Source of the DNA: an uncultured Alphaproteobacteria bacterium
GTDB lineage: Bacteria > Pseudomonadota > Alphaproteobacteria > Rhizobiales > Aestuariivirgaceae
DNA: 64,000 nucleotides
Assembly (NCBI GenBank): GCA_963831645.1
Contig: CAWHQZ010000028.1
Coordinates: forward strand, 627,035 to 691,034
Direction: 5' to 3'
The notes under the pieces were generated by a model. It was not told the origin of the DNA and did no database searches. It was given only the letters and a program-made list of their open reading frames with translations. Shown here piece after piece: positions 1 to 10,746 of the stretch (positions are counted from its first letter, which is position 1; each line of letters starts with the position of its first letter). The translations under genes and the position numbers were made by a program.

Positions 1-452
1 TGTCCACGACCATGCGCCTGACCCGGGACCGCCGGTTTCTGATCCGTCATCACATTATCTATGCGCCTGCTCACGATGTGTCGGATGCAGCTCTCGATCG
101 GGTGCGAGGCGACCACTATCTGGCATTCAGGAAGCGCTTTCCGATGCTCGATCAGGTGACGATCGACCATACCTGGGCGGGCTTCGTGTGCCTTTCGCAA
201 AATCACGCGCCGGGCTTCGGCAAGGTGGCGCCGAACGTATGGGCCGCGGTCTGCCAGAACGCCGTCGGCGTCACCAAGGGCACGATCGGTGGCATGCTCG
301 CCGCCGACATGGCCTGCGGCGAGGACAATCCGCTCATTTCCGACATGTTGGCGCTGGGCGGTCCACGCAAGCTCCCGCCCCAGCCGTTTCTGGGTTGGGG
401 CGTGCGAATGAGGAATCGTTGGGACCTCTGGCGGGCACGGTACGAGGAGTGA
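1..452 (+). CDS. FAD-dependent oxidoreductase (DAO-like), C-terminal part; 5' end lies outside the window
   Basis: Frame is open from the window edge to the stop at 452. C-terminal segment HTWAGFVCLSQNHAPGFG...GVTKGTIGGMLAADMACGEDNP is typical of DAO-family flavoproteins. No start codon in the window. Confidence 0.5.
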   Translation, partial: STTMRLTRDRRFLIRHHIIYAPAHDVSDAALDRVRGDHYLAFRKRFPMLDQVTIDHTWAGFVCLSQNHAPGFGKVAPNVWAAVCQNAVGVTKGTIGGMLAADMACGEDNPLISDMLALGGPRKLPPQPFLGWGVRMRNRWDLWRARYEE

Positions 453-527
453 CGGCGTTTCCGATGTTTGGTGAAACTTAACCGTGACCGCTGTTAGCGG
501 TTGATTTGTTTATGGAATGTTCTATTT

Positions 528-545
528 CTTACATACGAGTGTAAG
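528..545. promoter_or_regulatory. Inverted repeat CTTACA-N6-TGTAAG immediately upstream of vapB; candidate antitoxin autoregulation operator
   Basis: Perfect 6-bp arms seen in the sequence 14 bp upstream of the vapB ATG, with a GGGGA RBS between them and the start. Confidence 0.35.
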
Positions 546-558
546 AACTGGGGACGCA

Positions 559-804
559 ATGCGTGTTACGCAAAAGGGCCAGGTGACGATCCCGGGAGCG
601 ATCCGCCGTCAGGCAGGGCTCCTGCCGGGAACCGAAGTGGAATTCGTGCCGGAGAAGAGGGGTGTCCTCCTTCGTCCTGCCAAGACCGGCCGCAGAGCGA
701 CGCAGCGCGAACGGGAAATAGTCGACACCCTCGATCGCCTTCGCGGAAGTGCGACGATCAAGATGACGACGGAAGAAATCATGGCTTTGACAAGGGGTGA
801 ATGA
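559..804 (+). CDS. vapB: AbrB/MazE/SpoVT-family antitoxin (VapB-like)
   Basis: Starts MRVTQKGQVTIPGAIRRQAGL, the swapped-hairpin AbrB-type motif. Stop overlaps the downstream PIN gene by 4 nt (ATGA). Confidence 0.8.
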   Translation: MRVTQKGQVTIPGAIRRQAGLLPGTEVEFVPEKRGVLLRPAKTGRRATQREREIVDTLDRLRGSATIKMTTEEIMALTRGE

Positions 805-1220
805 CGGCGGTTCTGGTCAATTCGAGCGTTCTCATTGATCTCGTGACGGGGGACGCTGATTGGGGCGACCGGTCGCGGGACGCCATCCTGCGTGCAGGGC
901 GCCTCCGTGAGCTTGTCATCAACCCGATCATCTTCGCCGAAGTGTCGATCCCCTACCGAAGGATCGAGGAAATCGACGAACGGTTACCGCGAACTGTCTT
1001 TCGACGGGAAGATCTGCCGTGGGAAGCCGCATTTCTTGCCGGCAAGGCATATGTTGCCTATCGCCGGGGTGGGGGCAGCCGCCGTTCTCCCTTACCCGAT
1101 TTTTTCATTGGGGCACATGCCGCGGTCCGCGGATACGACCTGTTGACACGCGATCCAGGCGGATTTCGAAGCTACTTCCCGACGGTTTCTGTCATCGAGC
1201 CCGAACGGCCGCCGCAATGA
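801..1220 (+). CDS. vapC: PIN-domain toxin (VapC)
   Basis: MTAVLVNSSVLIDLVTGD acidic N-terminal PIN motif; 139 aa; translationally coupled to vapB. Confidence 0.8.
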   Translation: MTAVLVNSSVLIDLVTGDADWGDRSRDAILRAGRLRELVINPIIFAEVSIPYRRIEEIDERLPRTVFRREDLPWEAAFLAGKAYVAYRRGGGSRRSPLPDFFIGAHAAVRGYDLLTRDPGGFRSYFPTVSVIEPERPPQ

Positions 1221-1263
1221 TCGGCAAGCTCAGTGTGTCAGCGGCCAGAGATTGAAGAGTCGA

Positions 1264-2643
1264 TCAGGCATCGACTTCGCCCCTCGCCAGCTCCAGCCCT
1301 TGCCTTGCCCCGGCGTCGACACGCTTCGTCAACCTGTAAGCGAGCAGCCGGGCGATCCGCTGGTCGCCGAGCGGCCGGCGCTCCACGCGTTGGTGAATGT
1401 CGAGATCGGGCTTGCTGTTGCCCTCGATGATGCAGGCGCCATCGGCGAGCATGGCGACATCCCAGCCCACCACTACGAGTTGCGGAAATGCGGCATGGGT
1501 GCGGCAGGCGAGCTCCACGACCTCTTTCCAGAGCGGCAGGCGCCGGCCGGCAAAGCGCGCCCCGCTCACCGGGTGGATCTCGTTCCAGCCGACGCCGGGC
1601 CTGATCCCCATATCCGAGGCCGGTCCGATTTCGCCGGTGTTCAGATCGACGGCGGTCGCCAGTCCGCCCTGGTGGAAATTATCGACCACGCAGTTGCTGC
1701 CGATCGCCATGCGGAAGGCGGCGTTGGTCGCCTCGAAGCCGTCCTCTTCATTGCGGCAGGTGAGGATGCGCGCCGTCGCCAACGCGCCGTTGCTGATGTC
1801 GGCGAGCTCCGGGTGATTTTCGAGCCGGGGCTGGACGACGATATCGCCGGTCAGCGACTGCCGCTCGAGCCGCGCCAGCAACGCCTCTCCGCCGAGCGTC
1901 TCGCCTGAGCTGTTGCGGTACCTGTCCTCGCCGAGATAGTCCCAGCGCTCACAGTGGTGGCCGCCGTTGCCCCGACGCGGCTTGACGAAGAGGTCCGAGG
2001 CGGGAAGCGCTGGGACCGTGCCATCCGTTGTCGCGGGTTTGCCGCCGGACAGGTGGAAATGCACGGGCACGGCGCGGATTCCGAGCCTGGCGCAGTCCCT
2101 TGCGAATGCGGCCTTGTCGGCCAGCAGATCCGCTCTGTCCGTCGGCTGCAGCAGGGCATAGGCCGAGCCGACCGTTTCATGGGCCGTGAGATAGAGACCG
2201 GCATTGCGCCGCCGGCCGTCGCGATAGAGCTCGAACATGTAGTACCAGAAAGGGGCGATCGACGGGCCGGCCGCGAGCTGGAGCTGCTCGGAGAGTTGCC
2301 GGCCGATCGGCTTGCCGCTCTCGCGGCGGATTGCCGAGCCGTTTCGCCGCGTGAAGAGCGCGGCCGCGACGATCAGCGCCACCGGCCACGCGACCGTCGC
2401 GATCAGGCCTCTGAGGGGGCCGGCCGGCAACGCCCAGTAGCTCCTGCCGTGGACCCAATGCAGGTAATCGGCAGGAGACTGGGTGGCCGATGGCGCGAGC
2501 GGCCGAAACACATACCGCACGGCCATCGGCAGCCCGGCAACATCGTAGGCGAACTGTTCGGCTCTGCTGAGGAAGCGGCTCCACAATCGGCCGGTGACGC
2601 GCGCCATCCGGATTTTTAGCTGCGAAGGAACCGTGGCAGGCAT
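1264..2643 (-). CDS. alpha-L-glutamate ligase-like ATP-grasp protein; family recognition by eye only
   Basis: Intact 459-aa ORF with ATP-grasp-like motifs (NSKPDLDIH..., GxGG-rich segments), adjacent to glycosyltransferase genes. Confidence 0.6.
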   Translation of the reverse strand: MPATVPSQLKIRMARVTGRLWSRFLSRAEQFAYDVAGLPMAVRYVFRPLAPSATQSPADYLHWVHGRSYWALPAGPLRGLIATVAWPVALIVAAALFTRRNGSAIRRESGKPIGRQLSEQLQLAAGPSIAPFWYYMFELYRDGRRRNAGLYLTAHETVGSAYALLQPTDRADLLADKAAFARDCARLGIRAVPVHFHLSGGKPATTDGTVPALPASDLFVKPRRGNGGHHCERWDYLGEDRYRNSSGETLGGEALLARLERQSLTGDIVVQPRLENHPELADISNGALATARILTCRNEEDGFEATNAAFRMAIGSNCVVDNFHQGGLATAVDLNTGEIGPASDMGIRPGVGWNEIHPVSGARFAGRRLPLWKEVVELACRTHAAFPQLVVVGWDVAMLADGACIIEGNSKPDLDIHQRVERRPLGDQRIARLLAYRLTKRVDAGARQGLELARGEVDA

Positions 2644-2671
2644 GGGTTTGTCGTCACCCCGAAGTATTGTG

Positions 2672-3820
2672 TCACCGCCAGGAGCGGCTTCTGCCCTCTT
2701 GACCGCGCAGCAGGCCGCGCACCCGGCTCACCGAACGCTGCAGCTCTTCCGTCTGCGGCGATCCACGGGCAGGCTGTGGATCATCGATCCAGCTCGCCCG
2801 GCCGGTTTCGATCAGCGCCCGATGAACGATGCGCAGGTCGCGCGACCATCGCGGCGGGCCAAACCGCATGGCGAGCCTGAAGGCGGTGCTGGCGAGGTCG
2901 CCGCCCCGCCAGTGTGGCGGCGGCAGGCTCTCGCCGCTCGCCGGGCCGGGAAGCTCGGCGCGCATCGCGCGCTCCTTCTCCTCGAAGTCGAAGAGCAGCA
3001 CTGGTTTGCCCGTGGCGGCGGCTTCCGACATCATTGAGATGCTATCGGCAGTCACGATGATGCGCTGGGCCAAAGCAAGATAGGCGAAGTACGGATTTTC
3101 ATCCGGCTCGGCACGGAAGCGATGGCCGTGATGGGGAACGGAAATGGCGGCGAACAAGGCTTCCGCAACGGCGGGCGGAGTACGCGGGCTCGTCGAGACG
3201 AGCAGGCTGCCGCCCTCGTCTTGCGCGAGACGGCTCGCTTGCCGCCCGAGGCGGTCGCCCGCAGCAGGCGAAAATACATAAGGACCGCTGCTGCCGCCGA
3301 CGAGAACCGCCGTCAGCGGTCGCGGCAGGTCGGCAAGCCGCGACGACCAGGCCGTGGCCGCCCGGGCGAGGTTCTGCGGGTCCACATCGTGAAGCGGCAG
3401 CGAGTTGTGCAGCACGTTGGCGCGATCGGGCAGGCGATATTGCGGCGTCGTGATGACCAGATCGAAACGATCGAGCGTCCAGGGCGTGCCGACATAGACG
3501 AGCTTGGCCGAAGGGTTGCCGTGGCGGCGGATCCAGAATGCAACGGCTTCCGTCGGTCTTCCGGCTGCGATGACGAGGTCCGGATAGGGCGGGGCGATCA
3601 GGCGCCTGGAAGCCGCATCGACTGCCGCGAGCGATGGCGCGGCGGCCAGCCGCACCAGGGCTTCATGCCGCCGGAACGCGAGCCGCTTGACCTCGCAGGG
3701 CCAGCCCAATGCGTCCGCCAGCGTCAGCAGCTGGCGATTGTCGCCGGCGTGCGGGCTTGCTAGAAATCCACACGAGGGGCGCCCCGGCTTCGGGCGCGGT
3801 GAAACCAGGAGCACTCGCAT
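2672..3820 (-). CDS. ELM1/GtrOC1 (DUF1022) family putative glycosyltransferase
   Basis: 382-aa ORF starting MRVLLVSPRPKPGRPSCGF...LADALGWPCEVKRL, matching bacterial ELM1-like proteins. A paralog sits at 6144-7259. Confidence 0.6.
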   Translation of the reverse strand: MRVLLVSPRPKPGRPSCGFLASPHAGDNRQLLTLADALGWPCEVKRLAFRRHEALVRLAAAPSLAAVDAASRRLIAPPYPDLVIAAGRPTEAVAFWIRRHGNPSAKLVYVGTPWTLDRFDLVITTPQYRLPDRANVLHNSLPLHDVDPQNLARAATAWSSRLADLPRPLTAVLVGGSSGPYVFSPAAGDRLGRQASRLAQDEGGSLLVSTSPRTPPAVAEALFAAISVPHHGHRFRAEPDENPYFAYLALAQRIIVTADSISMMSEAAATGKPVLLFDFEEKERAMRAELPGPASGESLPPPHWRGGDLASTAFRLAMRFGPPRWSRDLRIVHRALIETGRASWIDDPQPARGSPQTEELQRSVSRVRGLLRGQEGRSRSWR

Positions 3821-3958
3821 TCACATGGGCCATGAGTCTCGGCCGCGGTACGACCCGGGCTCTCCTGATCTTGAAATCGAGTCCGCTGCTGGATGTCATG
3901 ATGACGTCACACGGCGCACGTTACCCGACGCCTTCATCCAACGGTAGTTCCAAAAGCC

Positions 3959-4876
3959 ATGACCGACGCTGAAACACCCCGGCCCCACGTATTCATCCAG
4001 TCGAATGCCAAGCAGTCCATCGGGGCGGTCGTTTCCGCCTACTCGATGCAACGGAATTCCCGCCATGCCGGCGAGTTCGACGTCACGATCATGCGTCAGG
4101 AAGACTATCCTTTTTTCAGGGCGCGCGATGGTCAATCCTACCGCCGCCATGGTGTCAGCCGCGTATGGCAGGAAAACGATCTGCAGTCCTTCTCGCTGAC
4201 CCGCTTCCTGCCGCCCCAGCTCATGGGCTATCGGGGCCGGGCGCTCGTCGTCGATCCGGATGTCTTCGCCGTCGGTGACGTGTGGGAGTTGTTGACACGT
4301 GACATGCAGGGCAAGGCCATTTTGTGCCGGCGGTCGAAGTTCAAGAACGGCGCCTTCGCCACCAGCGTGATGTTGCTCGACTGCACCAGGCTGAAGCACT
4401 GGAATGTGGAGCAGGGCTTCGCGGAGCTTTTCGATGGCCGGCGTGACTACCACAACTGGATTTCGCTCCTCATGGAGCCGCGTGAGAGCATTGGATTTTT
4501 TGAAGACGAGTGGAACGATTTCGACCGGCTGACGCCGGCCACCAGGATGCTGCACAACACGCGCCGCCGCACCCAGCCGTGGAAAACCGGCCTGCGGGTC
4601 GACTATACGCCGACCGAGTTCGTGCCGGTGATCGGCTGGATCATGCGCGCCCGCCGGGTCCTGTTCGGTGCGCACGGGCTGCTCGGCAGCTATGCGCGCC
4701 ATCCTGACCGCAACCAGGAGGCCTTCTTCTTCGGCCTGCTGCGGGAATGCGTCGATGCGGGTCTTCTGGACGCCGCGACGCTGAAGGAGGCGATGGCACG
4801 GAACCATATCCGTCATGACGCTCTCGATGTCATGGCTCAGGCTCCGCGGCCGCCGCAGCTTAAGGCCGCGCACTGA
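3959..4876 (+). CDS. hypothetical protein, possible nucleotide-sugar transferase (DPD motif)
   Basis: 305-aa ORF with a clean ATG at 3959, divergent from the ELM1-like gene. No family recognised beyond ALVVDPDVF. Confidence 0.45.
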   Translation: MTDAETPRPHVFIQSNAKQSIGAVVSAYSMQRNSRHAGEFDVTIMRQEDYPFFRARDGQSYRRHGVSRVWQENDLQSFSLTRFLPPQLMGYRGRALVVDPDVFAVGDVWELLTRDMQGKAILCRRSKFKNGAFATSVMLLDCTRLKHWNVEQGFAELFDGRRDYHNWISLLMEPRESIGFFEDEWNDFDRLTPATRMLHNTRRRTQPWKTGLRVDYTPTEFVPVIGWIMRARRVLFGAHGLLGSYARHPDRNQEAFFFGLLRECVDAGLLDAATLKEAMARNHIRHDALDVMAQAPRPPQLKAAH

Positions 4877-4901
4877 GGACCGGCGCGCCGGCGAATCCTG
4901 G

Positions 4902-6162
4902 ATGACCCGGGAAGAAGCTGCAGAAATCGCCGGCGCCGGTGACCGGCAGCTGCGGGTCGCGCTGTTCACCGGCAACTACAACTATATCAAGGACGGAGTG
5001 GCCCTGACCCTCAACCGGCTGGTACGGTTCCTCGAAGGAGAATCACGTCGCCGTTCTCGTCTTTGCGCCCACCGGTCCCAAGCCTGCGTTCGATGCCGCC
5101 GGAGACCTCGTATCGGTTCCCTCGTTAGCCATTCCGCGCCGTCCCGAATATCGCTTTGCGCTCGGTCTCCCGGCTCGCGCGCGCCGACGCCTTGCGGAGT
5201 TCAGGCCCAATCTTTTTCATATCGCCGTGCCCGACCTGCTCGGCTATCGGGCTCTCAAGCTTGCCGGCGAATGGAATGTTCCCGCCGTCGCCTCGTTTCA
5301 CACGCGCTACGATCAGTATCTGAAGTTCTACGGTCTCGGCCGCCTCGAGCCCCTCGGCAAGAGATACCTGCGCCATTTCTACGGAAAATGCCGGCAGGTG
5401 TATCCGCCGACCGAGTCCATGGCCGCCATCATCCAGGAGGAGGGCTACTCCGAGAGGGTCCGCATCTGGTCGCGCGGCGTGGATGTCGAGTTGTTCGATC
5501 CCGGCCGGCGCAGCCGGCAGTGGCGCCGGTCGCTCGGCATTGCCGATGAAGAAGTAGTGGTGAATTTCACCAGCCGCCTCGTCAAGGAAAAGAACACCGG
5601 CCTTCTGACCCGTATCTTCGCCGCCCTGCAACGGGAGGGCTCGACGTTCCGGGCCATGATCGTCGGCGACGGGCCGGAAGAAGGGAGCATGAAGGCGGCA
5701 TTGCCCGATGCGGTCTTCACCGGTTTCCTCCACGGCGAAGCACTCGCGCGCGCGTATGCGTCCTCGGATGTTTTTCTGTTTCCCAGCGAAAGCGAGACGT
5801 TCGGCAACGTGACGCTCGAGGCCATGGCGAGCGGCCTGCCGGCGGTGTGTGCCGATGCCAGCGGCAGCCGCTCACTGGTGATCGAGGGGGTCACGGGATT
5901 CCTTGTCGGAGCCGGGAACGAAGCGGGTTTCCCGGCGCGGCTTGGCGCTCTCGTCGGCAGCAGTGACCTGCGCGCACACATGGGCAAGGAGGCGCGGGCA
6001 CGCGCTTTGACGTTCGCATGGGACGATACGCTCGCGAACCTGCTGGCGAGCTACAGGGATGTCGTCGCGGCGGGGGACACCGTGGTGCATGGCGGAACGG
6101 CTGGCGGGTTGAAGCCGGCGCCGCTCGTTTGCGGAGCGGAGAAATGGCCGGCGTCGCAGTGA
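4902..6162 (+). CDS. glycosyltransferase family 4 (GT-B, EX7E-type); apparent +1 frame break near 5037-5041
   Basis: N-terminal part LRVALFTGNYNYIKDGVALTLNRLVRFLEGE is in frame 3 and the remainder NHVAVLVFAPTGP...FLFPSESETFGNVTLEAMASGLP is in frame 1. Deleting one base in GGAGAA restores LEGNHVAVLVFAP. Confidence 0.75.
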
Positions 6163-7259
6163 AGCAGAGGGGGAAGACGGCGCCCCGCCGGCAAACTCGC
6201 CCGCCGAAAGTATGGCTTCTTTCGCAGGGTCGCCGCGGTGATCTCGAGCAGATGCTGGCGCTCGCGCAGGCGCTGTCGTGGCCGCTCGAGATCAAGACGC
6301 TCGTCTTCCGGCCTCCGGCAATCCCGGCACTGGCGCCCGTGCTGCTCAGGGCCGATGCCAGCGATAGAATCGCGCCGCCGTGGCCCGATGCCATCGTCTG
6401 CGCCGAGGCAATGGCCAGTGTGATCGCCCGGCGCCTGCGCCGCCTCGCCGGAGGAAGCACGAAGCTGATCTGCCTCGGCCGGCCGGCCGGCGATCCGGCT
6501 GCCTTCGACCTGGTGCTTACGACGGCACAGTATCATCTGCCGCCGCGGCCCAATGTGGTCGAACTGTCGCTGCCGCTCACCGCTCTACCGGCGCCCGACA
6601 GTCCGGCCGGCGGCAAGCTCGCCGCGCGGTTGACGGGCGACCGCCCGCACATCGCGGTCGTGATCGGCGGCGCGAGCTCTCCCGAAATCCTCGATCGAGC
6701 CGTCGCCCGGGAGCTTGCGGGCGCCCTTTGCCGGTACGCGGTCCAGAACGGCGGCACTCTGCATGTGGTTACGAGCCCGAGGACGAGCCGCAAGGTGTCC
6801 GATGAGCTTCTCAGGCGCTTTCCCCCGCCGCACCGCGTTCATGTCTATGACCGCGCGGCGAACAATCCCTACCGGCGGATCCTCGCCCTCGCCGATGAGA
6901 TCATCGTGACCAATGACAGCGTCTCCATGGTCGCCGATGCGCTGGCGACGCAGAAGCCCGTTTATGTCTATGCGCTCCCGCGCTCCCGTAACCTCGCTTT
7001 TCGCGCATCAGAATGGTGTCGCCGCAACGTGCTGGAGACTGCCCCCGTGCCGCTGTTGCTGCGGCCCGTTGCATGGCTGTTCGACAAGGGGTTCGTCGAG
7101 ACGAGCGCCGACCGGTCGCGCCTTTTCCGCCGGCTTGCGAGCGAGGGCCGCATCGGCTGGTTCGGCGGCGCCCCGCCGCTGGTCCGCAGGGACGCGGTGG
7201 CTCACGACTTGGAAACCGCCGTCGCCCGGGTGAAAGATCTGTTTCCGAAGGCCGGTTGA
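6144..7259 (+). CDS. ELM1/GtrOC1 (DUF1022) family putative glycosyltransferase, paralog 2
   Basis: Contains KVWLLSQGRRGDLEQMLALAQALSWPLEIK and IAVVIGGASSPEI, paralogous to 2672-3820. The start is ambiguous (ATG at 6144 overlaps the GT4 stop). Confidence 0.6.
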   Translation: MAGVAVKQRGKTAPRRQTRPPKVWLLSQGRRGDLEQMLALAQALSWPLEIKTLVFRPPAIPALAPVLLRADASDRIAPPWPDAIVCAEAMASVIARRLRRLAGGSTKLICLGRPAGDPAAFDLVLTTAQYHLPPRPNVVELSLPLTALPAPDSPAGGKLAARLTGDRPHIAVVIGGASSPEILDRAVARELAGALCRYAVQNGGTLHVVTSPRTSRKVSDELLRRFPPPHRVHVYDRAANNPYRRILALADEIIVTNDSVSMVADALATQKPVYVYALPRSRNLAFRASEWCRRNVLETAPVPLLLRPVAWLFDKGFVETSADRSRLFRRLASEGRIGWFGGAPPLVRRDAVAHDLETAVARVKDLFPKAG

Positions 7260-7327
7260 GTTTCCGGAAACCCTGCCCTTGGGCAACGTCCTCCGGGCGC
7301 CTATCGGTGGGGTAGGCGGCGGGCAAA

Positions 7328-8929
7328 TCACTCCGTCGCATTCCCGCGCAGCCGGACTTCCATCAGGTCGAGCTCGCGCTCGATGCGTCGCCGCGTCTCG
7401 TCGATCAGTTCACCCGAGCGCTCGAGCTCGTGAATTTGGGCGCGCTCATGGGCGATGAGGCTGAGCTCGATTTCCTCGCGCAGTCTCGCCAGCTCCCGGC
7501 GCTGCTCTTCGCTGTGCGCACGCAGCTCGAGCAGGCCGAGCCGGTCGGCAATGCTCGCCTCGAGGGCATCCACCATGTCGCGGGGAAGCTTCCGTTCGCT
7601 GCCGATTTCGCCGACCCGCCTGGCGACGGCTGCCAGAGCCTTGCGCCGCGCTGCGGCTTCGGCGCTTTGTTCCCGGCGGCGCTCCTCGCGGGTGAGCTCG
7701 GAGAGGCCGAGCGCTTTGACGACGAAAGGCAGGGACAGTCCCTGGCCGACCAGCGTGACGAGGATGACGCTGAAGGTGAGGAATATGATGAGATCGCGGT
7801 CCGGGAACGCCTCGCCGGTAGCCGTCACCAGCGGGATCGCCAGGGCCGCGGCGAGGGAAACGATGCCGCGGACGCCGGTGTATCCGAGGGCGAACACCAC
7901 CCGCCAGCCCGGTGCGGGGTCGCGCCGGGAGAGGCCAGGGACCACCCACCGCGGAACATAGGTGGCAGGAAAGACCCACAGGAATCGCGCCACGATCACT
8001 ACCGCGCTGGTCAGCGCCGCGTACGCCAGGAGCGTGGCGGCCGGCAGACCTTCCATGCGGTTAAGCAGAAATCCCGCCTGTGAGCCGGTCAGCAGAAACA
8101 CCAGGCCCTCGATGACGTAGATGACGAAATCCCAGAAGAAGACCCCCTGCAGCCGGGTGGCTGCGCTGATGAGCCGGGGCCCGTTCCAGCTGACGTAGAG
8201 CCCTGCCGCCACGGTGGCCAGCACGCCTGAGCCGCCGAAATGCTCCGGCACCCAGAACGCGACGTAGGGCGTTATCAGCGCGAGGGTGATCTCGACGCGC
8301 GCGTCGCTTGCCCAGCGCCGCAGGCGCAACACGAGCCACCCGACCAGGATGCCATAGGCGATCTCGCCCGCCACAATGGCGAGAAAGGTTCCCGTCGCAT
8401 GCCCGATCGAAAAGGTCCCGAGGCTGATCGCAGTGACGGCGAAGCGGTAGAAGGTGAGGGCGGTCGCATCGTTGACGAGCCCCTCTCCCTCGAGAACGAG
8501 CGCGAGGCGCCGCGGCACCCTGAGGCGACGCAGGATGGCCAGCGGCGCTATGACGTCGGGCGGCGAAACGATCGCACCCAGCAGAAAGGCGACATTCCAG
8601 TCGAGCCCGATCAGCCAGTGGGCCGCCGCGGCGACCAGCAGGGTAGTGAACGCGACGCAGCCGACGGCGAGGAGCGCGATGGGGCGAAGGTTGAAGCAGA
8701 ACTCCCGCCAGCTCATGGAGACGCCGGCGACGTAGATGACCGGAGGCAGGATCAGCAGCAACACCAGTTCGGGGGCGAGTTCGATCTTCGGCATCCCCGG
8801 CGCGAGGCTCAGCAGAACGCCTGCGACGACGAGCAGGATGGCCGGTGGGATCTTCAGCCGGCGGGCTGTCACGGCGACGCCTGCCAGGATCGCGAGGAGG
8901 AGGACCAGGATTCGGATCGTCTCGATCAC
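7328..8929 (-). CDS. Na+/H+ antiporter (CPA1/NhaP type) with C-terminal coiled-coil/charged tail
   Basis: 533 aa with about 11 hydrophobic helices (LVNDATALTFYRF) and a long charged C-terminal region. Confidence 0.75.
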   Translation of the reverse strand: MIETIRILVLLLAILAGVAVTARRLKIPPAILLVVAGVLLSLAPGMPKIELAPELVLLLILPPVIYVAGVSMSWREFCFNLRPIALLAVGCVAFTTLLVAAAAHWLIGLDWNVAFLLGAIVSPPDVIAPLAILRRLRVPRRLALVLEGEGLVNDATALTFYRFAVTAISLGTFSIGHATGTFLAIVAGEIAYGILVGWLVLRLRRWASDARVEITLALITPYVAFWVPEHFGGSGVLATVAAGLYVSWNGPRLISAATRLQGVFFWDFVIYVIEGLVFLLTGSQAGFLLNRMEGLPAATLLAYAALTSAVVIVARFLWVFPATYVPRWVVPGLSRRDPAPGWRVVFALGYTGVRGIVSLAAALAIPLVTATGEAFPDRDLIIFLTFSVILVTLVGQGLSLPFVVKALGLSELTREERRREQSAEAAARRKALAAVARRVGEIGSERKLPRDMVDALEASIADRLGLLELRAHSEEQRRELARLREEIELSLIAHERAQIHELERSGELIDETRRRIERELDLMEVRLRGNATE

Positions 8930-9084
8930 GTGAATCTCTCACAGTTCCCCGGCCAAGCCCCGATAGATTGACCCAGCCGCGCCGGAAACGCTATCCCCCG
9001 AAACATTCGCGTGACAAAGATGTGGATGTTGTATGACAGTGAAATGCGCTAAGAGGACCGGGTCGAAACCGGGTTAGTGGTGCG

Positions 9085-10633
9085 GTGCGTAACCGGGAGA
9101 CTGAGCTGAAATTTTTCGTGGAGGGGGAGGGGAGAGAGGCCGCTGCCCTGCCTGCCGTGTTGGCGCGGGCTATCACCGGCGTCAAGAAGACGCGGGTCGA
9201 GACCACCTACTACGATACCCCGGACAGACAGTTCGAGGCGCAGGGCCTGAGCGTGCGGCTGCGCAAGCTGTCAGGCAGGCGGATCCTTTCCGTGAAATCA
9301 TCGCGCGGGCCGGGCATCGCCAGGTTCGAGCGCGAGCTCGAAATTCGCAACGACCGGCCTTCGGCCGAGGAATGGCAAGCCGTCGCGCAAGGTTCACCGC
9401 TCGCCCGATCGCCCCTCCGCCGCATGAAGGCCTTCTGTACGACCACCGTCGATCGCCGCTCCGTGGCGGTGGAGCGCAACGGAGCGATGATCGAGGCAAG
9501 CCTGGACAAGGGCAGCGTCAAGACCAGGTCGGGTGCCAGGCTGCCGATCCATGAGCTCGAGCTCGAGATCAAGAACGGCCGCGTCACGGAGCTGTTCTCG
9601 TACGCCACGGAGCTGCTCAAACGCGACCCGCTGCGGATCAGCCTGCTCAGCAAAGGCGCGCGGGGTTTTCTTCTGGCGAGCGACGCCTGGGCGCGTCCCC
9701 GGCCCGCGACCCTGCCCGAGGTCGACCCCGGGTCTGACGGACCGGCTGCTTTCCAGGACATCTGCATGACCTGCCTGCGCGACTTCATGGTCAATGAGGT
9801 CGCCATCGAGGGCCCCGATCCCGTCGAGGGGATTCACAAGACGAGAATTGCCGTCCGGCGGCTGCGCTCGGCGATGACCTTGTTCCGTCCCATGTTGAAG
9901 GACACCGGGTCACGGGTGCTGAGCCGGGAGCTGAATTGGCTGTCCGACCAGCTGGGCAGCGCCCGCGACCTGGACGTGGCCGTCGAGCGGACAGCGGGCT
10001 GGACGCATGGCAATCGAGCCGGCTTGCGCAGGCTGATGCGGCGCATGGAGGTCGCCCGCGATAGAGCGCATGACGAGCTAGTCCGCGCACTCAAATCCCC
10101 GCGCTGCCGAGCGCTGCTGTTCGATTTCGTCAGGTGGCTGGAGGTCGGCGCCTGGAAGAAAGCAATGGCCGCAGAGCGAACGCGCCCCGGCGCCCGACTT
10201 GGCGCGCCGGCTGCTCGACAGGCGTCTGGGCAGGCTCCTGCGCGATGCGAGGAACCTCGCCCGGCTGGATGCCGAGGAGTGTCATGACATCCGCAAGGAT
10301 GCCAAGAAGCTTCGTTACATGGGCGAGTTCTTCCTGTCGCTCGCCGGCCCGCAGCAGGAGCGCAAGAGCTACCGGAAACTGCTGTCGGCGCTGGAGGATC
10401 TCCAGAACGCACTGGGCAAGGTTCAGGACCGGGTGACGCTCGAGAAGCTGTTTCACGCCCAGATCGCTGCGAGCGACGATGATGAGATGCGGCAAGCCCT
10501 GGACGAGGCGCTAAAGGATGCCGCTTCGGAAAGCGCCAGGCGCGACCGGGCGCAGCGAAGAAAAGCTGCCCGGGCGGTCAGGCAAATTCGCGACAATCAG
10601 CGCGCGACCCGGGCGCTGGAGCAGCGAACGTAA
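9085..10633 (+). CDS. CYTH-CHAD domain protein (inorganic triphosphatase-like); frame break near 10185-10196
   Basis: N-terminal ETELKFFV CYTH motif. The CHAD region continues in the +1 frame from about 10199 (FARRLLDRRLGRLLRDARNL...DIRKDAKKLRYMGEFF). A C-run is the likely indel site. Confidence 0.7.
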
Positions 10634-10649
10634 TAGCTGCGCCGCCTCA

Positions 10650-10746
10650 TTGGATCCCCTCTTTCGAGGGGATGACGGCTTGGAAGTGCGCGAGTGAACA
10701 AAGGTCGTCATCCCCGCGCCAAGCGCCGCGCCAAGCGGGGATCCAA
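10650..10746. repeat. Nested palindromic intergenic element (REP/RIME-like)
   Basis: Outer arms TTGGATCCCC ... GGGGATCCAA enclose inner hairpins CCCCTC-TTTC-GAGGGG and ATGACG...CGTCAT, plus a tandem CGCGCCAAGC x2. It lies between the CHAD gene stop and the DUF1428 gene. Confidence 0.5.

Noticed and set aside
8961-9084. Repeated AACCGGG / GGACCGGGTCGAAACCGGG motifs in the NhaP-CHAD divergent intergenic region, considered as regulator binding sites
   Set aside because: Only short imperfect repeats with no dyad symmetry were convincingly identified. It is probably just promoter/UTR sequence.
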